Positions 26,401-37,429 of a DNA stretch of 64,000 nucleotides are shown here, piece after piece. Source of the DNA: Amoebophrya sp. A120 (Eukaryota > Protista > Dinoflagellata); NCBI GenBank assembly GCA_905178155.1, contig CAJINV010000001.1:1601904-1665903 (forward strand). Reading direction: 5' to 3'. Below the pieces are notes generated by a model. That model ran no database searches. It saw only the letters and a program-made list of their open reading frames with translations, and was not told the origin of the DNA. The translations under genes and the position numbers were made by a program. Position 1 is the stretch's first letter. Every line of letters begins with the position of its first letter.

Positions 26401-29284
26401 AACCATCCCAGACCGGAAAATATTCCCAAAACGAAAACGGGAGCAGACGGAGCTAGGCGGGCGGCGCCCGAAGGAAGGCCGCCGCGATTGACGAGGCACA
26501 GGCGAAGAAGGAAAACAAACCCGGGAGCCCACCTCCTCCACCCAGCATTGAGAACCCACACACCAGGCCAACACCACACAACAATAAATGGCCGGGCCCA
26601 CCACCGCTAATTTGTCTGCTAATTTTGTCTGCTAATTTGCCCCCCGAGTGCCCCCAGAACCTCCCCCGGGAGTCTGCTAAATGGCACAGCCAGGTCCCAG
26701 AATCCCTCTGCTAATTGGGCCCCTAATTGGGTTCTAATTTTTTTCAGGGTCTGCTAATATGTCTGCTAACCGGGGCTTTAATTTGCTGCTAAATGGACCC
26801 CCCCATTTTGCTCAAGGCCAAAAATCCAATGGGATTTTCCCTGTGCGTTTGGAGCACAGGGAAATCGCATTGGGATTCCGATACCCTGCGCAATTAGCAA
26901 CAGATTAGCTGACTGTTAGCGCTAGGTTAGCGCACGGTTAGCGGACGGGTTAGCAGACCCAAAATCAGAAGGGGCCAAAAATTTAGCGGACTATTAGCCC
27001 CCCCAATTAGCAAGAGGGTTCTGGGCATTTTTGGGGCGATTTGGGGGCCGGGTTAGCGGGCAATTAGCGGAAAATTTAGCGGACTCCTGCGCCCTCCATG
27101 GCCCAAAACCGAAAGGCCCCAGGGGGAGCCCGAAAAACGAAGCCGGCAGCCCAAGGCGCGAAGCTTCGCCCCGAAGGGGCGACCCGCCCGGCGTCCGACG
27201 GGGTACGGGAAAAGCGGCCCCAACATTCAAGCCCCGAAACTCTAGAAGGGGCCGGCCAAGGGACTGCGCCGGGCCCAGGTGGCGCCGGGCCCGGGGGACT
27301 TGCCCGGGGCCCCGGCGCCGCCGCAATTTAGCAAATTTTTAGGCTTCAATTAGGGCGGGAATTCGCCCGGGCCTGTCTGCCTGAGGCCTGGTGCTTCAAA
27401 AGGTTACAGCTTTAACACCCGTTAGCATGAGAAGTGGTGAATTTGTAGTGAATTTTGCATGACAGATTGCAGATGAGTCCGCCGGGGCATTATCCCTCTT
27501 GCCCTTCTGGGAAGTGGGTTCTGCACACCGCAGAAGTCAAGGCTTATGCGGCGGGCAACTTCTTCTAGACATGGCCTGGGTGCTGGTCTTTGGCCATGTC
27601 TATGCGCCTCCCTGTGCTTGCATAAGAGCACTGTAGCAGCCGCGGCAAAGACGCCAAAAAGAAAGGCTGCGAGCAAGCGCATGCAAATTAGGCAAGAAGG
27701 TGAGAAAGCAAGGGCGAGAGGACCAGGCCGAGAGCTTTGACGCCTCTACCCGGCAGGCGCGTGAACTCTCCAGGCCTTTTCGGCAGAATATAGACGGGCC
27801 GAGTGCAGCAGAGGGCGCTTGTCTTTTCCCCTCGGCCCCACTTCCCAGGGCCTACCCGCGCGCTTTTTTGAGCACTTTTTTGCGCTAGACTTTGCTTATC
27901 ACGGTCGAAAAGTGGCGCTCGGTGAATTTTGGGGTGAATTTTGAAAAGGGCGCCGGTGAATTTTGTCCTCCGGCTCCTGTTCGAAATTCGCTAGCGCGTG
28001 GGAAACTCCGGGTTTTGGGGCTTCAAAAAAGTGTCGCAAAAGCAAAAAGCTTCAAAATTCACCAAGAGAAATCTTGACCTGGGAGCCACCTCGAAAATGT
28101 CTCACTCCGGAGACAAAGACACACCTGGGGAGTTGTAAGCAGGGCACAGCAGGCGAAGGAAGCTAGTGCCCGCGGCCGAGTCGTGCCTTCCACCCGAGGC
28201 TACTCCCAGATGTCCAACTCCACGCCACAGCCAAAGCCCGTGAGAGCGTACGTGTTGAGCTAGTGGGTGCCCCTGTGTTCAGGCGTCGCCCTTCCTTTGC
28301 CTTTCGACAATTCCGGAGAGGAACTTCTGAGGCAGACGCGCAGAAGCATAAGAGCCCCCCGACCCACCTTCTCTGGTCGCTAAATACGCACTACACAGCC
28401 CGGCGAGCCCCCGCAAGACCACCTCTTTTGGTGCTGCAAGCGCCACCACGCGGCGAGCAGCCCTTCAGGCTATGTGGGATGCTTGGGCTCGTGTCCATAC
28501 GTAGCGCACTTCTCTTTTAAGTAAATGCAAGTCACGCAATACAAATTCACTGGAAATTCACCCTTCTGTACGCCAACGCCCGTTGAAGACGTAATCGACT
28601 CACCGCATCCGCGGCCTGGTGCTTCAAAAGGGTAAATTCGTACGGAGCGGTGCCGTCGCTCGAAGCCGCAGAATAATTGGCCGCACGAGACGAGGACGAC
28701 GACGAGGAGGCCCGGGATGCTGATGGTGATGGGGTTGCAGCGCTGGTTTTCTGATGTTGATTTTTCTGGTGGTCGTATTCTTGAAAGGCTGGTGGTGCCA
28801 GTTGTTCTTGTTGTTCATCCTTCCCGATGAAGTTGACTTTTCTTTGTCGGTCTTCGCTTGCGCTGGAAAAGGATGTAGTTGCGGGTACTACGGACTCTAC
28901 TACTCCTGTAGAACAAGCAGAGGTAGAGGCCGCTGAGCCGGTCGCGGATAATTTAGAAGCGTTTCTCGCAGCTGTAGTTTGGCTAGCCAATTCTGCAGAG
29001 GTTCTTGCGGGCAACCACGCCGTCGTCATCCACGACCGGTTCATGCTAGCTGCTGTGACAGGTAGGATGCAGCTAATATCAACCGGAAGCAACTTGTTCC
29101 ACAGCCCACTGTTCCGACTTCCGCTGCCAATCACAAGAAAGAAAAGAGCCCGGATGTAACTTCTCGTCTGGAGAAACATCGCTCGGGAGGGTCCCTTCGA
29201 TTTCTTGTGGGGAAAATTGGTGGACTGCACCCGTCGTCGTGGAAAAGAGACTAGAGGCGTACTGAAGGCGAGGCGGGACAACAT
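23499..29284 (-). CDS. Low-complexity hypothetical gene split by a 4.3-kb stack of insertions (intron or pseudogene)
   Basis: ORFs 28547-29284 and 23499-24322 share YEFTLL(K/R)HQAADAV(S/N)R and join in frame through it. Confidence 0.5.
24338..25502. mobile_element. Element X, copy 1 (~1.17 kb, non-autonomous, ~65-bp imperfect TIRs)
   Basis: Near-identical to 27404-28594; ends carry gaagtggtgaatttgtagtgaattt / aaattcactgcaaattcacccttc; termini TTA...TAA. Confidence 0.85.
25563..26306. mobile_element. Element Y (GC-rich ~745-bp insert between target copies)
   Basis: Bounded by copies of the exonic target; contains three copies of the palindrome ctggctaaagccag at 22-bp spacing (25602-25659). 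Confidence 0.6.
26337..27384. mobile_element. Element Z (foldback-like TIR element with 6-bp TSD)
   Basis: tcagtcagacgaggccgggcga...tcgcccgggcctgtctgcctga; ggcctg on both sides; central hairpin ~26823-26877. Confidence 0.85.
27404..28594. mobile_element. Element X, copy 2
   Basis: Direct-orientation near-identical copy of 24338-25502. Confidence 0.85.
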
Positions 29285-29853
29285 TATGTTTGAAAAAACC
29301 AATACGGTCGCGCGTGTGGTGGAGAAACCAAAAAAGGTCCGAAAAGCAAAAAATGTTGCAAAAAGCACCACCTGTTAAACTCAAATAAATTTATTGCCGC
29401 AAAAAACCCGCTGCAAAGGCGAAACCTGGTGGTGTATTGGATCAAGTTTGATTTCATTTTCGGTAAAAAATAGCAAGGGTGGCAATGCATATGCAAGGAG
29501 TTAAAAAGGTAGGTCAATAAATCCAGCAAGACGCTGCGCCTGCGCCATCACATTCATTGCAGAACTAGAACACATCAGAGCTCGCTCGCTCACTCACGCT
29601 GCACTAAACAAAGTACTGCTTCAAAAAGCGGCTTCACACTTCATGTTCGTCCGAAGCACAGATAATTCACGCGGCGCTGCAGCGAGCTAGAAAAATGATA
29701 CTTTCTATTCACATCAACATGCGCGAGCATTCATGTGGTCTTCGAACTCTTTGTTTGATTAAGAGATTGCCATCGTACCTACACGACGCAGACTATGCTG
29801 CATCAATAAAAAAGTCACACGAAATGCTCATCGCATCCCCTTGGATTAGTTTA

Positions 29854-30581
29854 CCAAATATAGCCGCCGGGGCGGAGGTAGTGAGGTCGTGGGCGTTTTC
29901 TTGCCGGCCGTCGCTTTGGCCGCGGCTGTGCTTTTCCTGGGTTCGCCATGCCGTCGCGAGTAACGTTAGGCCGCACGGTATGGTGGCCGCTTCATAAACG
30001 TCGCAAATTTTGGCAAATTCCCGATATTCCCTTCCGAAAGCCAGCCCCCATGCTATGGGGCCGATCCGGGTGCCACGGGGGGCGCCCAAAAAGCGAAGGG
30101 AAATCGGGCCCGTAGCATGCGGGCTGGCTTTGCGCGTCTGGCGCGCTTTTGCTTTTTTGCGTTTTTATTTTTCGCGCCGGCGCTTTTTGCAAAGCTTCCC
30201 AGGCTCTGAAACAGGCGAAAACTCGGCCGCTTTCGCGGCCGCCCAAAATGCTCCGAAATCGCGGCCGTGCCGTGCTGTTTCGCTGTTCTGATTTTGGGCG
30301 CGTTTTTTTCGCGCCCCTTTTTGGGCGCCCCAAACCGCCAGAAACTAAGGCGGTGGGCGCCTCAGAAGGGCGCCCCTTTTGCTGGCTTGTCTGCGTCGTT
30401 TTACCCAGCGGCGATCGATAGAATCCGCTGGCGATTCGGTGCCGACACAGCCAAAGCCGCTTGATAATTGAAAATTTTTTATGCTCAAAAACACTTTCGC
30501 CCGCTTGAAAACTGCCGGTCGTTTTGCGCGATGCATGTCAAGAAAACTCCCCGGCTAGAACCGTTCGGTGACCTCACTACA
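29854..30581 (-). mobile_element. Non-autonomous Helitron2/Helentron-like element, copy 1
   Basis: On the minus strand it begins TGTAGTGAGGTC and ends GACCTCACTAC + CCGCC-cc-GGCGG hairpin + CTATATTTGG (asymmetric inverted repeats); homologous to 30895-32368. Confidence 0.7.
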
Positions 30582-30693
30582 TATTATGTACTTTTCAAAA
30601 ATTGGCAAACATACTGTCTGCTACACGAAAATGAGGCATCACCCTCAACAATTGCGCGGAGTACTATGAGTTGGAGCTCCCGGCGCATAATTC

Positions 30694-33600
30694 CTAGCAC
30701 TGGTTCTTGACTTGCGAGTAGACCTGCCGCGAGTAGTCGACACCGACCACCAAGGGAAACACGTTATGCAATGCAAAAGCATCGCACTAGTATAAATTGC
30801 ATTACAAATTAGCCCAGCTTTACAAATTGAATTTGTAATGCTAATTCACCTTGAGAAAGAGACTTGTAGTGCTTGATTGCAACTAGTACGAGTGCCAAAT
30901 ATAGCCGCCGGGGCGGGGGTAGTGAGGTCGTGGACGTTTTTTTGCCGACCGCCGCCTTGGCCGCGGCTTTGCTTTTTCTGGGCTCGCCATACCGCCGCGA
31001 GTAACGTTGGAGTGGAGGGCTTGGATTAATACCGAGGCGCCAAACTTTTTCGGAATTTTTCGCCGAGCCATCTCCAAAGCTACCGACGGAGATCCTCCCA
31101 TCCTCTTGACCACCCTACCAAAAATTATAGCGGGCGACACTTTTCTTTTCATTTTGGAAACTTTGCAAAATGGGAAACGATATCCAGAAGAAAAAGAATG
31201 CGACTCGGAACACAAATCCGCATGGTATGGTGCCCATTCTTTGGAACGAAATCAGGCGACCCCAAAAAAAATGGAAATCGATTTTTAACATAAAAAATCG
31301 CAAAAAACTTTTCAAAAACTTTCCGAAAACTTTTCAAAAACTTTCGCAATGTTTCAGAAAAAGTTGGAGTCCGCTCGTGATTCGAAGTTTTTGAAAAGTT
31401 TTTTGAAAGTTTTTTTTCCCTTTTTTTGTGTTTTTCCTTTAGAAACCGGAAAACGGCAAAGAAAAAAAAACCACGTCCGACTTATTCTCATGGCTCTACC
31501 CTCCGCCCTGATTTACATTTCATGCCCCACCCCATGACCTGCGAAAAATCAAGGAAAATTTGCAACCCGGTCTCCGACCCACATCACCAGAACGACAACA
31601 ACGATCGCCATCACCACCAAGCAATATCGGGTGGGGGATAAACTCTTTCCCACCTGGAATACCACGGACCATTGTGTTTGAAAGGCTCGGCGAAAAATTC
31701 CAAAAAAGTTCTCCACATCGAAAATACTGCCCTCCTCCCCTCCAAGTAACGTTATGCCGCACGGTATGGCGGCCACTTAGGAAACGTCACAAATTTTGGC
31801 CCATTTCCAAAATTCCTTTCCGAAAGCCAGCCCCGATGCTATGGGACCGATCCGGTTGCCAGGGGGGGGCGCCCAAAAAGCGAAGCAAAACCGGGCCCAT
31901 AGCATGCGGATTGGCTTTGCGCGTCTGGGGCGCTTTTTATTTTTCGCGTTTTTATTTTTCACGTCGGCGCTTTTTGCAAAGCTCCCCAGGCTCTAAAACC
32001 GACGAAAAGGCGGCCGCTTTCGCGGCCGCCCAAAATGCTCCGAAATCGCGGCCGTGCCATGCTGTTTCGCTGTTCTGATTTTGGGCGCGTTTTTTGCGCG
32101 CCCCTTTTTGGGCGCCCCAAATCGCCAGAAACCAAGGCGGCGGGCGCCTCAGAAGGGCGCCCCTTTTGCCGGCTCCCCTGCGTCGTTTTATCCAGTGCGA
32201 ATCGATAGAATTGGCTCGGGCTTGTTTGACAACAAAGCCCCGGCCGCTTGATAAGTGCAAATTTTTTATGTCCAAAAACGCTTCCGGCCGCTTGAAAACT
32301 GCCGGTCGTTTTTCAGGGTATATGGCAAAAAAACTCCCTGGTTAGAACCGTTCGGTGACCTCACTACATACGATACTTTTGCACAGGATACACGTACTGC
32401 CACAGCAAATCCAGCCCCTGCGACAGCAAGCCCAACAAGCCAAACTTCAGCACCGCCTGTGACACCACCGCGGCCCAGGAAAACCGACGCGCGGACCCGG
32501 CAAGCACGACTTTGATCTGAATACCATGAAGGGTGCGCACGCGTCGGAAATGGGAATGTTTGTTCGGCAGAAGATGCGGAGGACGACGCTCGGGATCTGC
32601 GCCTGGATGGTCATCTTCTGGGCCGTGACTGATCTCTGGCACCGGTGAAGACGCTCCACCCATGATGTTCCCGTCGCTCTCGCTGGGCGTGGTGAATATT
32701 CTCGATGAATCTGTGTTCATCTTCCCACTAATCATTTTAGAAATTGCAATTGGCTGCACCTCCCTCAACTTGTATTCAGAAAAGGGAATGCGATCGACAG
32801 TGGCGGTGTATTTCGCGGGGACGCTTCGGTTTCGATTGCTGTCGATTGCTGAACTCCAAAAGGACAGTTGCTCTTCGTCCGGTGCAAAATGTAGGGTCAG
32901 CACCAGCACCGAGCCCTTTTCACGCACCACCGTGTCGTCAGGCTGCTTTTCGTCGAGCGAGTCGATGCCAGCGGCGGAAAGTAACTGCCCGAGGGAAACG
33001 TCGAGGGACGTCTTCGGTTTGTGTTTTTTCGAATTTTTCTTTTTATTTCTCTCGTCAGCTCGTCCTGCATCAGATCGCTCGCGGCCCGCTTCTCCTATAT
33101 GAGGATCTTCCGCGAGGTGGACCGCGACAGTTGGAAATGGCTGTTTTACAACGCCGTCGAACCCGAGAAACTCACCTCGTACGGCCGGGTCCGTGGTGGA
33201 GTACAGGAACGGACACCTTTTCCGGTTCTTCCGATACTCCGAGCAAAATTCCACCGCCTCGGCATGCGCAGTCACGGCCACGCGGAAGTCCGGAAGATTG
33301 GCCACATAACGGTCCTTATTAAATGTAAAAATGTCTGGGTCTGGAAAAGTGTAGACTTGTCATGCAGATTTTTCATGGCCCATGAGGTCTGGAATGCGGG
33401 ACTTAGCATGACAGACTCTGCGAGGTCTCTGCCGTGCCTATCCTGCATGAGAAACTCCCCTCCAACCTGGTCAAAAGTGTGCAGCTTTTGGGACTCATGC
33501 AACGCAGATTTTCGCATGCTTCAGATTTACGATGACAAATTGAAATCTTCCAGACCCAGACATTTTTGCAATTCATAGTCCTTCCGAGACAAACGCGTCC

Positions 33601-34393
33601 AAGGAACAGGACACTCCGCGTCGTCGACTTCTTGATAATGAAAAGACTCGTCTGGTGGCTTGAAATAACCGGCGGGGGCTGATGAAACAGCGCTCCTATG
33701 AATACTGTTACCACGTCCACCTCCATCAGCAGAGTTCGAATCCCCGTCCTGTGATGTTGATGATGACGAGTCTGTAGGCGAACTGGAAATTGGTCCACCA
33801 CTACTTGGAGGAAGATGATTCGTGCGACCCCGCCCAGCACCTGGAATAGAATACTCACACTTTTCCACAACGTCCTTAATCCTTGTTACAACGAACAACT
33901 CGCTCGAAGCAGACCGCCCCGTCGCGTCGGCGTCCCAATGCGTGCAAAGTCTTGATGTCGCTGTGTTTTGATGTTCAACTACATCGCTGGTCGTGGCGTG
34001 TTCCTGCTGCTCGCCATCAAGTATAGCGCTTTCAAACAATCGTCCGCATGGTGCAACAAGAAGACTTCCGGCGGATGTTGATGTTGAAGCGGTGACAAAA
34101 TCATTGGTACTGTTGTTCGACGAAAACCCGCCGCTAGACGAGAGGGTCTTCTGTAGCTCCAGTCGCTTTTCATCTCCTCCAGAATCGTGGCCACTACCTC
34201 CACTAGCAGTCGGGCCATTTCGCAAGCGCAGGCGCGCGACCCCCTGGAGGCGGTCAGACTCCAAATACGACTGGCCGACAAAGACGTCGAAACACAACCA
34301 GCTGAAAATGGCGACAAACCCAAAATTGTACAGGTACACCAATCGGGCATCGGGAATCGCCACGTAGGGAATCGTCCAGTAGGAAAGCAGCAT
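30694..34393 (-). CDS. P2X purinoceptor-like ion channel
   Basis: SYWTIPYVAI..RLVYLY + TM1 + SYLESD..GVARLRL; Cys-containing ectodomain with low-complexity inserts; HGIQIKVVLAGSARRFSW + TM2 (GLLGLLSQGLDLL); two introners. Confidence 0.8.
30895..32368 (-). mobile_element. Helitron2/Helentron-like element, copy 2 (inside the introner)
   Basis: Same termini and body as 29854-30581, plus an internal insert. Confidence 0.72.
31008..31744. mobile_element. MITE-like TIR element with 8-bp (possibly 9-bp) TSD
   Basis: agtaacgt[tggag...ctcca]agtaacgt; the empty site is present in copy 1 (~29958); long imperfect TIRs (ggaatttttcgccgagcc / ggctcggcgaaaaattcc). Confidence 0.88.
33317..33577. mobile_element. 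Introner, family D
   Basis: tattaaatgtaaaaatgtctgggtctggaa...ttccagacccagacatttttgcaattcata; direct repeat gtcct. Confidence 0.9.
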
Positions 34394-35134
34394 GCTTGAT
34401 GAATGTGGGTATTTTGTACAGTCAAGTGATGGCGCCTCTTGGTCTTGTAGCTGAGCAGGCAATTCTTGTGGAGAGCGAGCAGCCAGCACTGAAACCAAGA
34501 ATAAATAGCAATAGGTATTTTTACAGAGGTGAAAACTATTAATGAGAGTGAGACAAGGCTTACTTTCGAAGAACTACTCTGGCTTTTTAAGGCGCACAAT
34601 GGCTACAAAAAGAGCATGATGTCTGGTTTCGCTGTCGTAAAGCAGAAGCAAGTGGCACTTCTTACGATGAAATTACAATTAGCACAATACTGGAGATCAT
34701 CTACTGCGATCAGCTGTAGTGAAATCAACAGAACAGCAACGAAGAGACGACAAAGAACATATTCTTGATTATGGCGGATTATTTGCTGGTGGCAAACACG
34801 AAAACACCACACTCACACCAGAGTCGAGGAGGAACATCATCATACCGGTGTCGAGTCCCTGCTTGCACTACTTTCGCAGATACGTCGTGTGGATTCACTT
34901 ATTGCCGCTTGCGCGTAGAAGAGGTGACACATGAATTGGCGAACGTCGAATCTTCCACGCATAGCAGAGCTGGTATAGCAGCGCTGGTATCTTTATCTTT
35001 TACAACCAGCATGACGAGGACGCTGTCGCCGATCTAAATGTCTCTCGCATAGCGCATTTGCAAGACCACACGGGCGACGGCGAGCAATATCATGAATGCT
35101 CAAAGAAAGCATGCTCTCTTGTGTTTATTTTTCA

Positions 35135-36460
35135 CTATGCGATTACATCCTCCGACGAACCCGAAGCCCCTCCTCCGTTCGCGTTCAAGTCGTCCAAGGC
35201 ACTGTCCGCCCATTTCGCAATTTCCCTGGCGATGCTCTTGTTACCCTGGACGAAGGATTTTCGCGCGATCACGATTTCCCGTTCGAGCTTGCGAAACTCA
35301 AGATCAGGTCTCCCGTCCATCAGCAACAGTTCCTTGCCGCTCTGCACGTCGCGCTGCGCGTGGTCGAACTTCTTCCGGGCCAGCTTCGTCTTCGCGCGTA
35401 AGAAGTAGGCTTTGGACACTTTCTCTCGCGCGTCGGACGGCGAGACGGTTACTTCGAAATCAAGAACATTCGACGCCGCCGGCGGGGGGTCTTCGCTACT
35501 ATTTGTTCCGGCAGCACAGGATCCCTGTGAAGATGTTGTGCTGCTGAGGACCAAATCACTGTAGAGGCCGATGACCACGGTGAAATCCTGTGCGGCTTCC
35601 AAAAATTTTCCGAGTTTCTCCAAACACCTGCCGCGGTTCAGGTACAGCGCCCCGGTGGTCGTCCGATCGACCACGATTATGCCTTTATTTTTCTCGCCTT
35701 TATTACTCCTCGCGGCGCTTCTGCTGGCGAGGCACAGGCTCCCGGGATCCGTCGGGTCCTGAACGAGGATGCACGACGGAATAAAATTGGAAGACTGGTC
35801 TTCTACAGGCGAAACCTGCAGTACCTTCATGCCGTCGATGCCAATCGTGTAGTGCTCGAATGCGGCGGTGTAGTCCTGTCTCTTGAACAAAAGGTTCCCG
35901 TCCTCCTTGATGCGCGAGGCGGCGGCAAGGACGTGTTGCGTTGACCAACTTTCTCGACTGCTCGAGGATGACGTCGCACCACCTCCTCCGCCCATGGCCG
36001 CGCCGATGACCAGCTTGCGAAAGAACGCAAGATCCCATCGTTTGTTTAAATAGTTTTGGTCTTCTGGTTCATCTTCACAACTCTGTTCGATCCGTCGAAT
36101 CTTTGGATCCCGCATCTCCAGCAGTTCGCGCTCGAACCCGAGAAGTGGGGTGAGCTTGGAAACAGGAATATTACACAGTTCGTCGCTCGGACCGTCGCCA
36201 TCGATATTTACTCTTGTGGGAGTAGAATGTAACGTTTTATCGTCCTCTTGTTGTGTCGTGCTTTGCCTTAGGCTGTACTGCTGCTGCTCTGGGGACAGAG
36301 ACGCATCGAGCAACAAATCCACGGTGTCGTCATCTAGAAAGGAAATTGTCGCTCGTCGCTGTTCTTGCTCGGACACTCGGACACGGACGGTCTCCCCTAC
36401 GGAAAAGTTGGTTCCACCAGGAAATGCCTCCATGGTTTTCATCTGAGTCTGATTTTGCAT
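35135..36460 (-). CDS. TPR-repeat protein
   Basis: 441-aa ORF; ASRIKEDGNLLFKRQDYTAAFEHYT, LYLNRGRCLEKLGKFLEAAQDF, KAYFLRAKTKL. Confidence 0.85.
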   Translation of the reverse strand: MQNQTQMKTMEAFPGGTNFSVGETVRVRVSEQEQRRATISFLDDDTVDLLLDASLSPEQQQYSLRQSTTQQEDDKTLHSTPTRVNIDGDGPSDELCNIPVSKLTPLLGFERELLEMRDPKIRRIEQSCEDEPEDQNYLNKRWDLAFFRKLVIGAAMGGGGGATSSSSSRESWSTQHVLAAASRIKEDGNLLFKRQDYTAAFEHYTIGIDGMKVLQVSPVEDQSSNFIPSCILVQDPTDPGSLCLASRSAARSNKGEKNKGIIVVDRTTTGALYLNRGRCLEKLGKFLEAAQDFTVVIGLYSDLVLSSTTSSQGSCAAGTNSSEDPPPAASNVLDFEVTVSPSDAREKVSKAYFLRAKTKLARKKFDHAQRDVQSGKELLLMDGRPDLEFRKLEREIVIARKSFVQGNKSIAREIAKWADSALDDLNANGGGASGSSEDVIA

Positions 36461-37429
36461 GTACTATATATGAATATGAAAGTTGTGGCACTCTGAAGTT
36501 CACTTGGCGTTGATTGTCTGATGTGTTAGGCTGCACTGCAGGAAACATGAACTCGAAGTCACAAAGCAGTCTTTTTGCACTATCCCCAACCGCGGCAACA
36601 CATTTCGTGCATGATCATGCAAAAACCACCGAAAAAAAAAACAAAATCAGGATCGGTGCTACCACTAGAAGATCGGACCCACAAGAACTTTACAATTGTC
36701 ACTTCGTTTTTTTTCCTGTCCTGATCTGTGCGTTTAGGAACTGGATGATCTGTAACGGCACTACGAGCCTCTCCTCATCAAAAGGTGGGCCAGATGCGGG
36801 CGATTGCACATGACCTCACTACATATCACGACATTCTTCGTGATGAATACAGCACTCGGTACGTGGCGGCGGCTCGTGTGTCTACACTGAGTTCTTTTTC
36901 GGAGTTATCGACTTCACGTGTTCATTCTCTTATGCATGATGGTATACAGTGGCAGCATTAATCTCATTTCTATGCGCATTCAATGTTTAAATACTTCAAG
37001 TTCTCAATCTTTCCGACCCGTGATTACTTATTCTAACCACGTGCTTCATGTCACAATTCATGTTCTTCATGCCTCGCGCAAACGCTACTTGTTTTCTGTC
37101 ACTGTGCTCTATCTTAAAACGCGACACTGGTGCCCATATCGCTTCCACAACTCCGGTGGTGCTTAAACACCATCCAAAAGCATGGATGTCTTAGTTATTA
37201 CGCGCTATTTTGGAAAAAATCTATACTTCATAATTAGGTGGAACGATGTTTTTGCAACTTTTTTTCTGTCATCTTCACCTCTGTAGCTTTTCGATGCTAA
37301 TGCTTTTGCAGCACCAACAGTTACAGTCAAGTTGAACTTGAAGCTGGAGTGAAATAGTCATCACAACAACATAAGAAAGCCAATTTGATTTCATTAGTGG
37401 TCCTTTGATGTGCAGCCGCAATCATAGCA

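Larger units (their letters stand above)
30765..32390. mobile_element. Introner, family A, expanded to 1,626 bp by nested elements
   Basis: tatgcaatgcaaaagcatcg...cgatacttttgcacaggata; perfect direct repeat cacgt; restores WQYV|FPLVV. Confidence 0.88.

Noticed and set aside
24273-28653. CRISPR-like array
   Set aside because: Spacers are 0.7-1.2 kb mobile-like elements, two are near-identical, the repeat is coding sequence, and there are no cas genes in this eukaryotic context.
32361-32370. CACTA (En/Spm) transposon end
   Set aside because: CACTAC faces the wrong way for a CACTA terminus, its partner repeat is subterminal, and no 3-bp TSD is seen.
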